Source of the DNA: Paraphysomonas bandaiensis
Taxonomy: Eukaryota; Protista; Chrysophyceae
Assembly: GCA_965644295.1 (NCBI GenBank)
Contig: CBFFRP010000669.1
Location: 1-61,647, forward strand
Direction of reading: 5' to 3'
DNA: 61,647 nt
The notes below the pieces were generated by a model that worked only from the letters and a program-made list of their open reading frames with translations, was not told where the DNA came from and searched no databases. Below are positions 44,451-57,077 of the stretch, in pieces. How positions within the stretch are numbered: the stretch's first letter is position 1; the number at the start of each line of letters is the position of its first letter. Made by a program: the position numbers and the translations under genes.

Positions 44451-45677
44451 TTACCTATCTACTTCCCCAAAAACAATATCTTGTGTACCTATAATTGTAA
44501 CAACATCAGCTAACAGATGACCTTTACACATTTCATTTAATGCTTGTAAATGCCCAAATCCAGGTGCTTTAATTTTACACCTAAATGGATTTGTAACTCC
44601 ATTTCCTATTAAATATACACCGAACTCCCCTTTGGGTGCTTCAGTCGCTGTATATGTTTCTCCTATATTTAATGGAAAACTACCAGCACTATCTTTAAAA
44701 TGTTCAATTAAAACTTCCATGTAAGTTTTAGTATTTTTTTTATGTGGACCCGCTTTTATATTGCTGTTATCAAAAAAATCGGTCTCTAACAAATCTATAA
44801 TTTGAACAATTAAGCGAGTAGATTGAATCATTTCTTGAATACGTTGTAAGTAACGGTCATAACAATCACCATTTGTGCCAACAGGAATTGTAAAAACAAA
44901 ATTATCATAACAATCATAAGGCATATTTTTACGTAAATCCCAAGAAATTCCAGCACTCCTTAACATAACTCCACTAAAGCCCCACTCTAAGGCCTGCTTT
45001 GATGTAACAATTCCAACATCTATTAATCTCTCTTTCCATATAGGATTATTAGTTAGCATTCTTTCAACATTTACTAAAAATTCAGGAAATTCTTGTGCAA
45101 ACTCTTTAATTTCACTTAAAAGTTGAATTGGAAAATCAGTGGATAATCCACCAGGTACAATATAAGCAGCATGCATACGAGCTCCTGAAACTTGCTCATA
45201 AAAACCCATTAATTTTTCACGTTCCTCAAAAGCCCATAAAAAAGGAGTCATAGCTCCAACATCCATTGCATGACATCCAACAGCTAATAAGTGATTTAAA
45301 ATACGAGTGAGCTCGCAAAATAACATTCTAATTAATTGTATTTTTTTATTTACATAGATACCACATAATTTTTCTACAGCAAGAGTATAAGTATGCTCTT
45401 GCGCCATCATAGAAACATAATCTAAACGGTCAAAATATGGTAAAGCTTGAAGTACAGTTTTATATTCAATTAGTTTTTCGGTTCCTCGGTGTAATAAGCC
45501 GATATGAGGATCAGCTCTAACTACCACTTCCCCACTTAATTCTAAAATTAAACGCAAAACTCCATGAGCAGCAGGATGTTGAGGACCAAAATTAATTGTA
45601 AAATTTTTTAATTGGTTTTTAATTTCTTTTTTTTTTAAATGAACTTTAATAGACTGAGATTTTTCTTTAAAGCACAT
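44451..45677 (-). CDS. nad7: NADH dehydrogenase subunit 7
   Basis: [15 protein letters not shown] and DIVFGEVDR. Confidence 0.98.
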   Translation of the reverse strand: MCFKEKSQSIKVHLKKKEIKNQLKNFTINFGPQHPAAHGVLRLILELSGEVVVRADPHIGLLHRGTEKLIEYKTVLQALPYFDRLDYVSMMAQEHTYTLAVEKLCGIYVNKKIQLIRMLFCELTRILNHLLAVGCHAMDVGAMTPFLWAFEEREKLMGFYEQVSGARMHAAYIVPGGLSTDFPIQLLSEIKEFAQEFPEFLVNVERMLTNNPIWKERLIDVGIVTSKQALEWGFSGVMLRSAGISWDLRKNMPYDCYDNFVFTIPVGTNGDCYDRYLQRIQEMIQSTRLIVQIIDLLETDFFDNSNIKAGPHKKNTKTYMEVLIEHFKDSAGSFPLNIGETYTATEAPKGEFGVYLIGNGVTNPFRCKIKAPGFGHLQALNEMCKGHLLADVVTIIGTQDIVFGEVDR

Positions 45678-45680
45678 AAC

Positions 45681-46268
45681 TTACCATTGATCTTCAAATA
45701 CAAATAAACGATATTCTTGACTTAATTGTAATGGTTTTGAAATTATTCGTTTTCTATCTATATCATAACAAACATCAATATAACCTGTTAATGGAAAATC
45801 CTTACGTAAAGGATAACCATCAAAACCATAATCAGTTAATATTCTTCTTAAATCAATATGGTTTTCAAACCAAATACCAAACATATCCCAAATTTCACGT
45901 TCCCACCAATTAGCATTAATATAAATGCTTATTGTTGAAGAAACTGTATCTAACTCTTTTAAAAACAGTTTTACCCTTATACGCTTTTTATAAAAAATAC
46001 TTAATAAATCATAAACAACACCAAACCTGCATTTATTGCCAATAGATGTGCCTAAAAAATCAACACCAGAAATACAACTTAAAACTTTATACTGGAATTT
46101 AATATGCTGATTTAAACATTGTAAAACTAATAAAATATGTTTTTTATGTACAACATATATAATTTCATTATTTATTTTTTGAGACCAAACAAATGGAATA
46201 ATTTTATTACTTAAAAATCTTTTTTTCTCTTTTTGTTTAAAAGATATCCTTTTTAAAATATAAAACAT
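45681..46268 (-). CDS. nad9: NADH dehydrogenase subunit 9
   Basis: WWEREIWDMFG and RRILTDYGFDGYPLRKDFP. Confidence 0.98.
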   Translation of the reverse strand: MFYILKRISFKQKEKKRFLSNKIIPFVWSQKINNEIIYVVHKKHILLVLQCLNQHIKFQYKVLSCISGVDFLGTSIGNKCRFGVVYDLLSIFYKKRIRVKLFLKELDTVSSTISIYINANWWEREIWDMFGIWFENHIDLRRILTDYGFDGYPLRKDFPLTGYIDVCYDIDRKRIISKPLQLSQEYRLFVFEDQW

Positions 46269-46293
46269 AAAATTAATTTTTTATTAAATTATA

Positions 46294-46593
46294 TTAACTT
46301 TTTAGTGAAAATCTTGTATTTAGTGAAATATTACCCTTTTTTTTATAATACAATATAATAATTGCTAATCCAATAGCTGATTCAGATGCAGCAATTGTTA
46401 ATACATATAACGCAAAAATTTGACCCATCGCATCATCTAATTGAAGTGAAAAAATAAGAAAAAGCATGTTTACACTTAAAAGTAAAATTTCTATATTAAT
46501 TATAACAATTAAAAAATGCCGTCTATTCATTAAAATTCCTAATATTCCTAAAAAAAACAAATAAAAATTAAATATTAGCTGACTTGCTAACAT
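46294..46593 (-). CDS. nad4L: NADH dehydrogenase subunit 4L
   Basis: GQIFALYVLTIAASESAIGLA. Confidence 0.97.
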   Translation of the reverse strand: MLASQLIFNFYLFFLGILGILMNRRHFLIVIINIEILLLSVNMLFLIFSLQLDDAMGQIFALYVLTIAASESAIGLAIIILYYKKKGNISLNTRFSLKS

Positions 46594-46642
46594 AAAGAAA
46601 TAAGACTAGACATAATTATTATTTAACTTTTTCTTTTCTATT

Positions 46643-47740
46643 TTAATATGGAAAAGAATTAAATAAATGAACAAAAATATTTATTAAAGAAAAAAAGAAT
46701 AATGAAAATGGTAATAAATAAATCCAACCAATTTCCATTAATTGATCATAACGATAACGTGGTAATGCTGCTCTTAATAATACAAAAAGAAACATAAAGA
46801 ATAGTATTTTAAAAGAAAAAAATAAAGGAGATAAATATTCAGCTGAATTTTGAAACGGAAAAGGTAACCAACCACCAAAAAATAGTATTATAGCAAAAGA
46901 ACTCATTATTAATATACTACTGTATTCACCCAATGAAAATAATGCAAAATTCATTGCTGAATATTCTACATTATACCCTGAAACTAATTCTGCTTCTGCT
47001 TCTGGTAAATCAAATGGATGACGATTAGTTTCTGCTACAATACAAATAAAAAAAATTAAAAATAATAATGGAAATATAAATATAAACCAACTTGTTTTAC
47101 TTTGAAAATCAACTATTGCATGTAAATCAAAAGAACCAGTAATTGTAACTAAGCTACACAACACGATGCCAATAGGTAACTCATAAGAAACCATTTGAGC
47201 CGCAGAACGCATTGCTCCTAAAAATGCATATTTTGAATTACTTGCCCAGCCCGAAATTAAAATACCATATATTCCCAACGCGGAGCACATTAACAGGTAC
47301 AAAGAGCTTAATGAAATTTCTGCAAAAGTTATAGTAGATTCACCACCCCCTACTGGAATAATTGCCCAACCCATTAAACTAGTTGTAAATGTAATAATTG
47401 GAGCAATATAAAAAATAAATTTATTAGAATTACTTGGAAAGATTGATTCCTTTGTTAATAACTTTAAACCGTCTGAAAGTGCTTGTAAAAAACCAAAAGC
47501 TCCTGCAACATTTGGAGCAAACCGCCTTTGTGTTAAACCTAAAATTTTTCGTTCTGCAACAGTAAAAAATGCTACACTAATTAAAACACCAATAATTGGA
47601 ATTAAACATATTAATATATCAAATAAAAATTTAAGTGACCCCCAATATATAAAAGAAATAAGCAAATAATTAATTGTTGCAAAAAATAAATTAATAAAAA
47701 TTATAAGAATAATAATAAGTAATATATACAAAGTTAACAT
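46643..47740 (-). CDS. nad1: NADH dehydrogenase subunit 1 (N-terminus ~35 aa longer than usual)
   Basis: AERKILG, AETNRHPFDLPEAEAELVSG and PRYRYDQLM. Confidence 0.97.
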   Translation of the reverse strand: MLTLYILLIIILIIFINLFFATINYLLISFIYWGSLKFLFDILICLIPIIGVLISVAFFTVAERKILGLTQRRFAPNVAGAFGFLQALSDGLKLLTKESIFPSNSNKFIFYIAPIITFTTSLMGWAIIPVGGGESTITFAEISLSSLYLLMCSALGIYGILISGWASNSKYAFLGAMRSAAQMVSYELPIGIVLCSLVTITGSFDLHAIVDFQSKTSWFIFIFPLLFLIFFICIVAETNRHPFDLPEAEAELVSGYNVEYSAMNFALFSLGEYSSILIMSSFAIILFFGGWLPFPFQNSAEYLSPLFFSFKILFFMFLFVLLRAALPRYRYDQLMEIGWIYLLPFSLFFFSLINIFVHLFNSFPY

Positions 47741-48009
47741 AATATTTAAAATTCGGTTTTTAAAAATAATCTTTAAAAAATTTAATTATTAATATATAAA
47801 TAGCTAACACAAAATAAAAAACACCTTTAAAATAAAATTACCTCAATTAAATTTTTTCTGTAACAATAAAAACAGAATAGAATAATTTAATTAGCTGTTT
47901 CTTAAAATTGTTAACTTATCTAATATAAATTATTAAATACTTTTTAAAAACTATTTTAATTTTAAATTAAAAAACTATTAAATTTTTTATAAAAAAAGAG
48001 GAGTAAAAA

Positions 48010-49025
48010 ATTAGTGTATAAAATCAAATTTAAGAGCCGTAAAATACTTTGCAGGGGATACCCTGCAAAATTATATTTCCCTCTATAAATTTATAGAGTA
48101 ATTTCTAAAAAACAAGCATTTTAAAAGATTTTTAATTTTTTCTAAATTTGTTTTAAAATTACCTGCTTTTTACAAAAGTTAAACTTTTTAATTTTTAAAA
48201 TAGAAAAAAAATAAATTTAAAAAGCTTTTTTTATAAAATTATTATGCCTTAAAAAATTAACATATAAAATTAAATTTAAAACCTATTCAACCATTATTTA
48301 ATTCTTCATAAATTTATGTTTTTATTTTTTTATAAGCTTATAAAAAATTAATACATAAAACTAAATTTAAGAGCCATAAAATACTTTGCAGGGGATACCC
48401 TGCAAAATTATATTTCCCTCTATAAATTTATAGAGTAATTTCTAAAAAACAAGCATTTTAAAAGATTTTTAATTTTTTCTAAATTTGTTTTAAAATTACC
48501 TGCTTTTTACAAAAGTTAAACTTTTTAATTTTTAAAATAGAAAAAAAATAAATTTAAAAAGCTTTTTTTATAAAATTATTATGCCTTAAAAAATTAACAT
48601 ATAAAATTAAATTTAAAACCCATTCAACCATTATTTAATTCTTCATAAATTTATGTTTTTATTTTTTTATAAGCTTATAAAAAATTAATACATAAAACTA
48701 AATTTAAGAGCCGTAAAATACTTTGCAGGGGATACCCTGCAAAACTATATTTCCCTCTATAAATTTATAGAGTAATTTCTAAAAAACAAGCATTTTAAAA
48801 GATTTTTAATTTTTTCTAAATTTATTTTAAAATTACTTACTTTTTACAAAAGTTAAACCTTTTAATTTTTAAAATAGAAAAAAAAGAAATTTATAAAATT
48901 ATTACACATTAAAAAATTAAGATATAAAATTAGCTTAAGTTTTACGTAACATTATTTAATTTCTAACCCGCAAAATTTTTATCTTTTTATAAGCTTATAA
49001 AAAATTAATGCATAAAACCAACTCC
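48010..49025 (+). repeat. Three tandem 337-bp units, each with the hairpin TTTGCAGGG-GATA-CCCTGCAAA and the palindrome CTCTATAAATTTATAGAG
   Basis: Hairpins start at 48048, 48385 and 48722. Confidence 0.95.
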
Positions 49026-49186
49026 AAATTATATTTTTATATTTTATAAAATAACTTTAAAATATATTTATAACATAAAAAACTAATACTATAAAAATGC
49101 AAAAGATTAAAACCCGATTTTAAAAAATAATTACTTGACTAAAAATTACATAGTACAATACTATACTTACCTTTTATTTTTAACTA

Positions 49187-51112
<1,926 letters not shown>

Positions 51113-51131
51113 TTATAAATGTAAAAACTAT

Positions 51132-53201
51132 TTATTGAAATAAACTTGTTTTAGAAATAGAAAATTCCTCTTTTCTTAACTCTTGTGAACATTTTGCTAA
51201 AACGAATGAATTATTAGTAGCATTATTTGTTCTAAAAAAATCTTCAACAATTAATTTTAAAGGGTATTTACTAAAATTATTTTTAAAAGCACACCAAAAA
51301 TCATAATTATAAGATGTCGTTAATAAAAGTTTTTTATTAAATAATTCGGGGTTTAATAAAACTTCCCTAAATATAGAAAATAATAATGGTCGTGTAACAA
51401 GAAAAGAATTTCTTTTATTAACTATTACTCGAGTTTTATTAAAAATATTTATTTTAAATTTTTTAGAGTTAATATAATAAGCAGCTAATGCTTCTAAAAA
51501 ATTTTTTAAATAAAAATTTAATGTATTTGTATTACTATTATTTTTATTAAAAATAAGCGAAAATTTTTGAGGGCGTTGTTCTAAATTTAAAAAAGTAGAC
51601 CCGTTCAAAAAAAAATTCATTTGAAAAATTTCTGCCCTCTTAATTAAACGCGCTGAAGTAGGATATGGATTAAACCACTCCACTCTTGTTCGTGGTGATT
51701 TAAGAACTTTTTTTCTAAAATCATATGTATCTTCTAATAAAAACACGCATGTTTTTTCACTTTTCAACAAAGTCTTTTTTGTAACAGACCCAATATTTAA
51801 TAATTTTTTAGATTCAGCATTACAGCGAGTTTGAACAGATAAAATATGCAAATTCTTTTTTTTTAAAATATTTAAAAAAGACAAGTCAACGCGATTCTCA
51901 ATGGATCTACCATATATTATAAATAAATCTAAATTAAAAAATAATTTTCTAAAGTAATAATTCTTGTTAGAAAAAACATTTAAAACGTCAGCTAGACCTA
52001 ATTTTAAAAAAGTATTAGGGTAGTGAAACGTTACAATATTCCCTAACTCATAAGTTTTAACTTTTTGCTTCAAAAAATTTACTTTTAAACGTGTATTCAA
52101 TAAAACACATTCAACATTTAAATTTGAAGATAAAATTAAGCATGCTCCATTTTTAGTTTGTATGTCATCAGAGACTTTTGCTTTATTACCCCAAAAATAA
52201 ATATTAGATATATTTTTATTTTTCGTTAAAGTTTTAACTTTAACACGACCACGACTTAAAAATGCAATTTGCTTAAAAATGTTTAAATACTCTAAGCATA
52301 ACTCATCACTAACTAATAAAGTAATATAGGAAAGTTTAAATAAAAAAGAAAAATTATGTCTATCACTTATATTTTTAAATGTTTTAACCCTTTTAAAATT
52401 ATCTTGACATAAACCAAATCTTGCTTTATCTGAAATCCAAGATTCATTTAAACTTTTATTCTTTTTTGGCAAAACACGTACAATATCTAAACCTTTATAA
52501 TTAAAATAAATATTACCCCCTAAACCGTCCAATAAATCAATACTTTCTACAGATTTTATTTCCCAAGGCCTAACTTGAAATGAATATGGTTTTATTGTCA
52601 AAGCACCAACAGGACATAAATCAACTACATTTGAAGTAATACCAGAAAAATTATTTTTTTTAATAAATTTTCCAATCTCACTGCGTAATCCACGGTTTAA
52701 AGTTCCCATTAATTTTACACCAACAATTTCTTCATTAAAACGTACACACCTAGTACACAAAATACACCTATTTAATATTGTTTTAATCAATGGCCCACAA
52801 TAATGGTCTTCTATACCTCTACTATTGAAATACCACCTGCTTAAATTACTTCCAAAAATTCTAGCATGGTCTTGCAAATCACATTCACCTCCTTGATCAC
52901 AAATAGGACAATCTAACGGATGATTTATTAAAAGTGACTCTAAAATATTTTCACGCGCTTTTAAAACTAATGGACTTTTTGTACTGATTCTTTGATTTGG
53001 AAGTATTGGTGCAGAACAAGATGTAATAGGTTTCAAAGACTTCTCAACTTCAACTAAACACATCCTACAATTACCTGCTATAGATAAATTTTCATGATAA
53101 CAAAATCTTGGTACCTTTATACCTACAAATTTACAAGCTTCTAATATGGATAATGATTTTTTAACCATATAACCTCTTTTATTAATAACTACTGGAATCA
53201 A
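51132..53201 (-). CDS. nad11: NADH dehydrogenase subunit 11, unsplit, TTG start
   Basis: PRFCYH, GNCRMCLVE, HPLDCPICDQGGECDLQD and RCILCTRCVRF. Confidence 0.96.
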   Translation of the reverse strand: MIPVVINKRGYMVKKSLSILEACKFVGIKVPRFCYHENLSIAGNCRMCLVEVEKSLKPITSCSAPILPNQRISTKSPLVLKARENILESLLINHPLDCPICDQGGECDLQDHARIFGSNLSRWYFNSRGIEDHYCGPLIKTILNRCILCTRCVRFNEEIVGVKLMGTLNRGLRSEIGKFIKKNNFSGITSNVVDLCPVGALTIKPYSFQVRPWEIKSVESIDLLDGLGGNIYFNYKGLDIVRVLPKKNKSLNESWISDKARFGLCQDNFKRVKTFKNISDRHNFSFLFKLSYITLLVSDELCLEYLNIFKQIAFLSRGRVKVKTLTKNKNISNIYFWGNKAKVSDDIQTKNGACLILSSNLNVECVLLNTRLKVNFLKQKVKTYELGNIVTFHYPNTFLKLGLADVLNVFSNKNYYFRKLFFNLDLFIIYGRSIENRVDLSFLNILKKKNLHILSVQTRCNAESKKLLNIGSVTKKTLLKSEKTCVFLLEDTYDFRKKVLKSPRTRVEWFNPYPTSARLIKRAEIFQMNFFLNGSTFLNLEQRPQKFSLIFNKNNSNTNTLNFYLKNFLEALAAYYINSKKFKINIFNKTRVIVNKRNSFLVTRPLLFSIFREVLLNPELFNKKLLLTTSYNYDFWCAFKNNFSKYPLKLIVEDFFRTNNATNNSFVLAKCSQELRKEEFSISKTSLFQ

Positions 53202-53279
53202 ACTTAATTTCTTTACAAATTGATGTGAAACTTAAAAATTTTTAACTTTATATAATAATTTTAAATCCTTTTTTAACAT

Positions 53280-53687
53280 TTAATTTATTATTTTCAATAA
53301 CGATAACCTGATTAAAAAAACTTTTTTAATTAAATTTAAAAAAACTTTAGGATTTAAAAATTTAATAAAATTTTGAATTTTAAATGATGTGTGAAAAAAG
53401 CACAAATTTTGTACTTTGATAAAATATAAATTAAAAGAAGATAATTTAATATTTTTAAAAACATCAACAATTAATTTAAATTTATTAACTCCTACATACT
53501 TTAAATATTTATCCGCTTTAAAAGTTAATTTAAAATTTTTATTTAACTTTTTAAAAGCATACCTTAACAAATAACTTATAGTTAAATTATTTTTGGATTT
53601 AAGCACAGGTGATACAATAAAGTACTTACTAGATTTAAACAGACGTATAAAATTAATATAAGAAATTTTTTTCTTTAAAGATTTCAT
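53280..53687 (-). CDS. Basic ORF135, possibly a divergent ribosomal protein L10
   Basis: Lies in the ribosomal protein cluster with an ATGA overlap to the upstream ORF. Size and basic N-terminus are compatible with L10, but there is no firm motif. Confidence 0.45.
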   Translation of the reverse strand: MKSLKKKISYINFIRLFKSSKYFIVSPVLKSKNNLTISYLLRYAFKKLNKNFKLTFKADKYLKYVGVNKFKLIVDVFKNIKLSSFNLYFIKVQNLCFFHTSFKIQNFIKFLNPKVFLNLIKKVFLIRLSLLKIIN

Positions 53688-54439
53688 ATAAAATATTTTA
53701 AATATTTTAAAAAGATATATTTCAAAACTAAATAATACTCCATGGTTTTATAAGCTTTAAACAGCTTAATATATCTAACTAAAAAAGTACTAAAAACTGA
53801 ATAACAAGTAAAAATATATTTAAACTGACCTAAAACTAATAAACGCCGCTTTGAAGAGCTGCGACTAAAATTATGACAGTAACCTCCATTTACTAAATTT
53901 AATGTAGAAAAATGGCTTTTTAAAAAATTCCCCCCCATAGCCGAATATATTATAATGTAATTTGTACAAGCTAAAAACTTTGCCTTGGCTAGACACAAAT
54001 TAGAATAAGAAATATAACCAAATATACCTTTTGAAAACCCAAAACACCCACCCCTAACTATTTTATATAAAAAAAATGAATCTTTAATAACAGACCAATA
54101 TTTTAAACGGTTATAAAATATTGAAATTAAATTGTTTGAATTAACTTTTAAACCAACACCTTTAAAGTATAAAAAATAAAGCTTTGAATGACTATATAAA
54201 AAAACATTACAACTTAAAGTACAACCAGGCTTTAATATTTTTTTTTCATATAACGGATTCAAAATACGTGAAATTAAAAAAAATTGCGAGGTAAAATTAT
54301 CTATTAGAATTACTTTTTTAAAAGGCTTTAAAAAAAATTTATGAATTAAAAACTTTGAATATACATTATGTGATAAATACTTTGCAATAAAAATTTTACT
54401 CAAATTAAATTTTGAAAAAAAAAAATTATTAGTTTTCAT
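53684..54439 (-). CDS. ORF251, possibly a divergent ribosomal protein S1
   Basis: KIVRGGCFGFSKGIFGYISYS resembles the S1-repeat motif (kGG...G..aFlP.S). It follows rpl16 directly. Confidence 0.55.
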   Translation of the reverse strand: MKTNNFFFSKFNLSKIFIAKYLSHNVYSKFLIHKFFLKPFKKVILIDNFTSQFFLISRILNPLYEKKILKPGCTLSCNVFLYSHSKLYFLYFKGVGLKVNSNNLISIFYNRLKYWSVIKDSFFLYKIVRGGCFGFSKGIFGYISYSNLCLAKAKFLACTNYIIIYSAMGGNFLKSHFSTLNLVNGGYCHNFSRSSSKRRLLVLGQFKYIFTCYSVFSTFLVRYIKLFKAYKTMEYYLVLKYIFLKYLKYFI

Positions 54440-54441
54440 AA

Positions 54442-54867
54442 CTATTTAAATTTATTAAATATTATTTTTGTTGGTATAGGTAACTTTACTTTTGCAATAG
54501 CTAAAGCTTGAACTGCTCGCTTTGTATGTTCAGTACTAATATCACAAATTAAAATTCCAGCCGATGCTTTATAAACCCAAGAATCAATTTTACTTTTACC
54601 TTTACCCATTCTAGTTGCTGTCTTTGACTTTTTACTTAAAGCACCATTTGGAAAAGGATAAATTTTTAATTTACCAAATTTTTTAATTATTTTATTTACT
54701 GTTTGATGTACTGATTCTAATTGTTTAGGTGTGATAAAACCAAATGCAGTAGTTTTTAAACCTACAACACCTCCTTTAATTATTGAATAAGATAAATTTT
54801 TATTTACACGACGAACAACACGTGCTTTATGACATTTTTTAAACTTGTTTTTTTTAGGATTAAACAT
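54442..54867 (-). CDS. rpl16: Ribosomal protein L16
   Basis: PKKNKFKKCHK, RMGKGK and KLPIPT. Confidence 0.95.
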   Translation of the reverse strand: MFNPKKNKFKKCHKARVVRRVNKNLSYSIIKGGVVGLKTTAFGFITPKQLESVHQTVNKIIKKFGKLKIYPFPNGALSKKSKTATRMGKGKSKIDSWVYKASAGILICDISTEHTKRAVQALAIAKVKLPIPTKIIFNKFK

Positions 54868-54876
54868 ATATTATTT

Positions 54877-55704
54877 TTAATTTAAAGTATTGGAACTACT
54901 TGATCTATAAACCCAAATTTTTAAACCAAATACACCATAAACTGTAAAAGCATGAGCTTTTGCAAACTCTATGTTTTTACCTAAACTTTGAAGTGGTATT
55001 TGACCTAATGAAATTACATAATTACTACTACGTGGCTTACCTTTTAATTTTCCACCTACAATGAACTTAACACCCATTATATTTGATTTTTTAAAGTTTT
55101 TATTAGATATTAAACTATTAAATAATTGTTTCATTAACAATAAAAAACGAGCATGCTTTTTCTTTTGTAGAATTCTGAAAATTTCTACAATTACTTTAAT
55201 AAAAAAATTTAAACTTAAAGCACCAACACCAAACAAACAACTTAACTTAATAAAATCTAGAAAAAAATTAAATCGCCTAGGAAATAATGATGTAGACATT
55301 CTTTTAAATTTTTTAAAAAAAATAAAAACTAAATTTTCTTTATCTTTACTTTTTAAAATTAAATTAGTTAAAGTAAATTTAATTATAATTAAATTTTTTT
55401 TTAAATAGCTTAACTCTTTTAAAAATAAAGGTAAATTACTTTTTTTTAACTGTTTGTTGACAACTTTTAAATTTTTTAAAGATAATACTTTTGATGTGCG
55501 AAAAAAAACATTAAAATTAAAAAAAATTTTATTTTCAAAAAAATTTAAATTACTATTAACTAAAAATACTTTACGTATTTGAAGAAGCCTTGTAAAAGAT
55601 TTTAAAAAAATGCTCCCATATAAAAATTCATTTATATCTAACCTATAAAAATTTAAGTTATTAAAAGAATTTCTTAAAGTTATAATATTAGCTTTTTGAC
55701 CCAT
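54877..55704 (-). CDS. rps3: Ribosomal protein S3
   Basis: MGQKANIITLR and TVYGVFGLKIWV. Confidence 0.95.
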   Translation of the reverse strand: MGQKANIITLRNSFNNLNFYRLDINEFLYGSIFLKSFTRLLQIRKVFLVNSNLNFFENKIFFNFNVFFRTSKVLSLKNLKVVNKQLKKSNLPLFLKELSYLKKNLIIIKFTLTNLILKSKDKENLVFIFFKKFKRMSTSLFPRRFNFFLDFIKLSCLFGVGALSLNFFIKVIVEIFRILQKKKHARFLLLMKQLFNSLISNKNFKKSNIMGVKFIVGGKLKGKPRSSNYVISLGQIPLQSLGKNIEFAKAHAFTVYGVFGLKIWVYRSSSSNTLN

Positions 55705-55710
55705 AATTAT

Positions 55711-55962
55711 TTATTTTTTATTTTTTTTACCATATTGCTGTCTACTCGTTGAAAACTCTCCAAATTTATACCCAACTTTCTCTCTTGTAATCACAATTGG
55801 TTTAAATATTTGACCATTATAAATTAATGCTTTCTTATTTATATAATTACTAGGTACAACAGAACGCCGTGACCAAACCCGTATTATATACTTGTTCTTT
55901 TTTTTAACTTTTTTTAATATATTTTTATCAATATAAGGTCCTTTCCACTTTGAACGACTCAT
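55711..55962 (-). CDS. rps19: Ribosomal protein S19
   Basis: MSRSKWKGPY, WSRRS and VGYKFGEF. Confidence 0.96.
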   Translation of the reverse strand: MSRSKWKGPYIDKNILKKVKKKNKYIIRVWSRRSVVPSNYINKKALIYNGQIFKPIVITREKVGYKFGEFSTSRQQYGKKNKK

Positions 55963-55963
55963 T

Positions 55964-56773
55964 TTACTCTACTAAAATTATTTTTTTAAATTTAGACCTC
56001 GAAGTTGAACGAAATCTAAAAGGCTTACCCCAAGGAGTTACCCAATCACACCCACCGGGCGTTCTACCACCATGTGGGTGATCAACCGGGTTTTTTGCAA
56101 TACCACGTACATGGGGCCGAAAACCCTTTAACCTATTTCTACCAGCTTTACCCATTCGAGTTAAATTATGGTATATATTAGATACTACACCTAAAGTACT
56201 AAAACAATAAGCAGAAACAGTTATAACTTGATTAGAAGGTAAACGAACTTTACAAAACTCATCATCACGTTGAAGCAGTTGACAAAACGTACCTGCTGCT
56301 AAAGCATATTGAGGAGTTTTAAAAAACCCTGACGCAACTGCAGAACAAATTGCTCCATTTGGATGATTTTTTAACCTAGAGCGAAAACCTACTTTATAAA
56401 ACATCTTATTTATCGTACAACCTAAAATAGATCCAGCATATAAAGATTTTTGAGTTAATACATAGCTAAATTTAAATGTTAAAAAATCAAAAAATAATGA
56501 TACGAATGAACTTCTGTTAGGATCATAAAAAGTAAACAAAAGTACTCCTAAAGTAGGTTTATTAAAAAACTTTAATTGTCTATAAAGCTTTTTACATCCA
56601 CCCCCTTTATTACCTATTGTAATATGACCTGTACTTTTAGAGCGCCCAACACCTTTAGTTACGTTAAAAACTAAATGTTTTAATAAATTATTTTGTTTGC
56701 AAAGTAAATATTTTTGAATAAATTTATAATGCCTACGACCTGGAGTATATGTCCCCCCTTTAATTATTTTCAT
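55964..56773 (-). CDS. rpl2: Ribosomal protein L2
   Basis: YDPNRS and KAGRNR...RPHVRGIAKNPVDHPHGG. Confidence 0.97.
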   Translation of the reverse strand: MKIIKGGTYTPGRRHYKFIQKYLLCKQNNLLKHLVFNVTKGVGRSKSTGHITIGNKGGGCKKLYRQLKFFNKPTLGVLLFTFYDPNRSSFVSLFFDFLTFKFSYVLTQKSLYAGSILGCTINKMFYKVGFRSRLKNHPNGAICSAVASGFFKTPQYALAAGTFCQLLQRDDEFCKVRLPSNQVITVSAYCFSTLGVVSNIYHNLTRMGKAGRNRLKGFRPHVRGIAKNPVDHPHGGRTPGGCDWVTPWGKPFRFRSTSRSKFKKIILVE

Positions 56774-56794
56774 ACATTTTATCTAATTAGCAAA

Positions 56795-56868
56795 GGTGAA
56801 CAGTGGGAGTCGAACCCACAATTTTTAAAGCCACAATTTAACACTTTGCCATTTAAGTTATGCTCACC
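56795..56868 (-). tRNA. trnH: tRNA-His(GUG)
   Basis: Loop TTGTGGC and an encoded G-1:C73 pair. Confidence 0.93.
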
Positions 56869-56898
56869 AATTACTTTAATGCTTATATATAAATCTAA

Positions 56899-56972
56899 TA
56901 AGCCCAAGTAGACTTGAACTACTGACCCCACGCTTATCAGGCGTATACTCTTTACCTCTGAGCTATGAGCTT
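56899..56972 (-). tRNA. trnI: tRNA-Ile(GAU)
   Basis: Loop CTGATAA. Confidence 0.93.
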
Positions 56973-56983
56973 TATTATTTTTA

Positions 56984-57055
56984 TACATCTTACAGGATTT
57001 GAACCTGTACGCTATGACTTAGAAAACCACTGCTATTCCATTAAGCTAAAGATGT
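56984..57055 (-). tRNA. trnR: tRNA-Arg(UCU)
   Basis: Loop TTTCTAA. Confidence 0.92.
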
Positions 57056-57077
57056 TTTTTATTAAAAAAAATAATTT

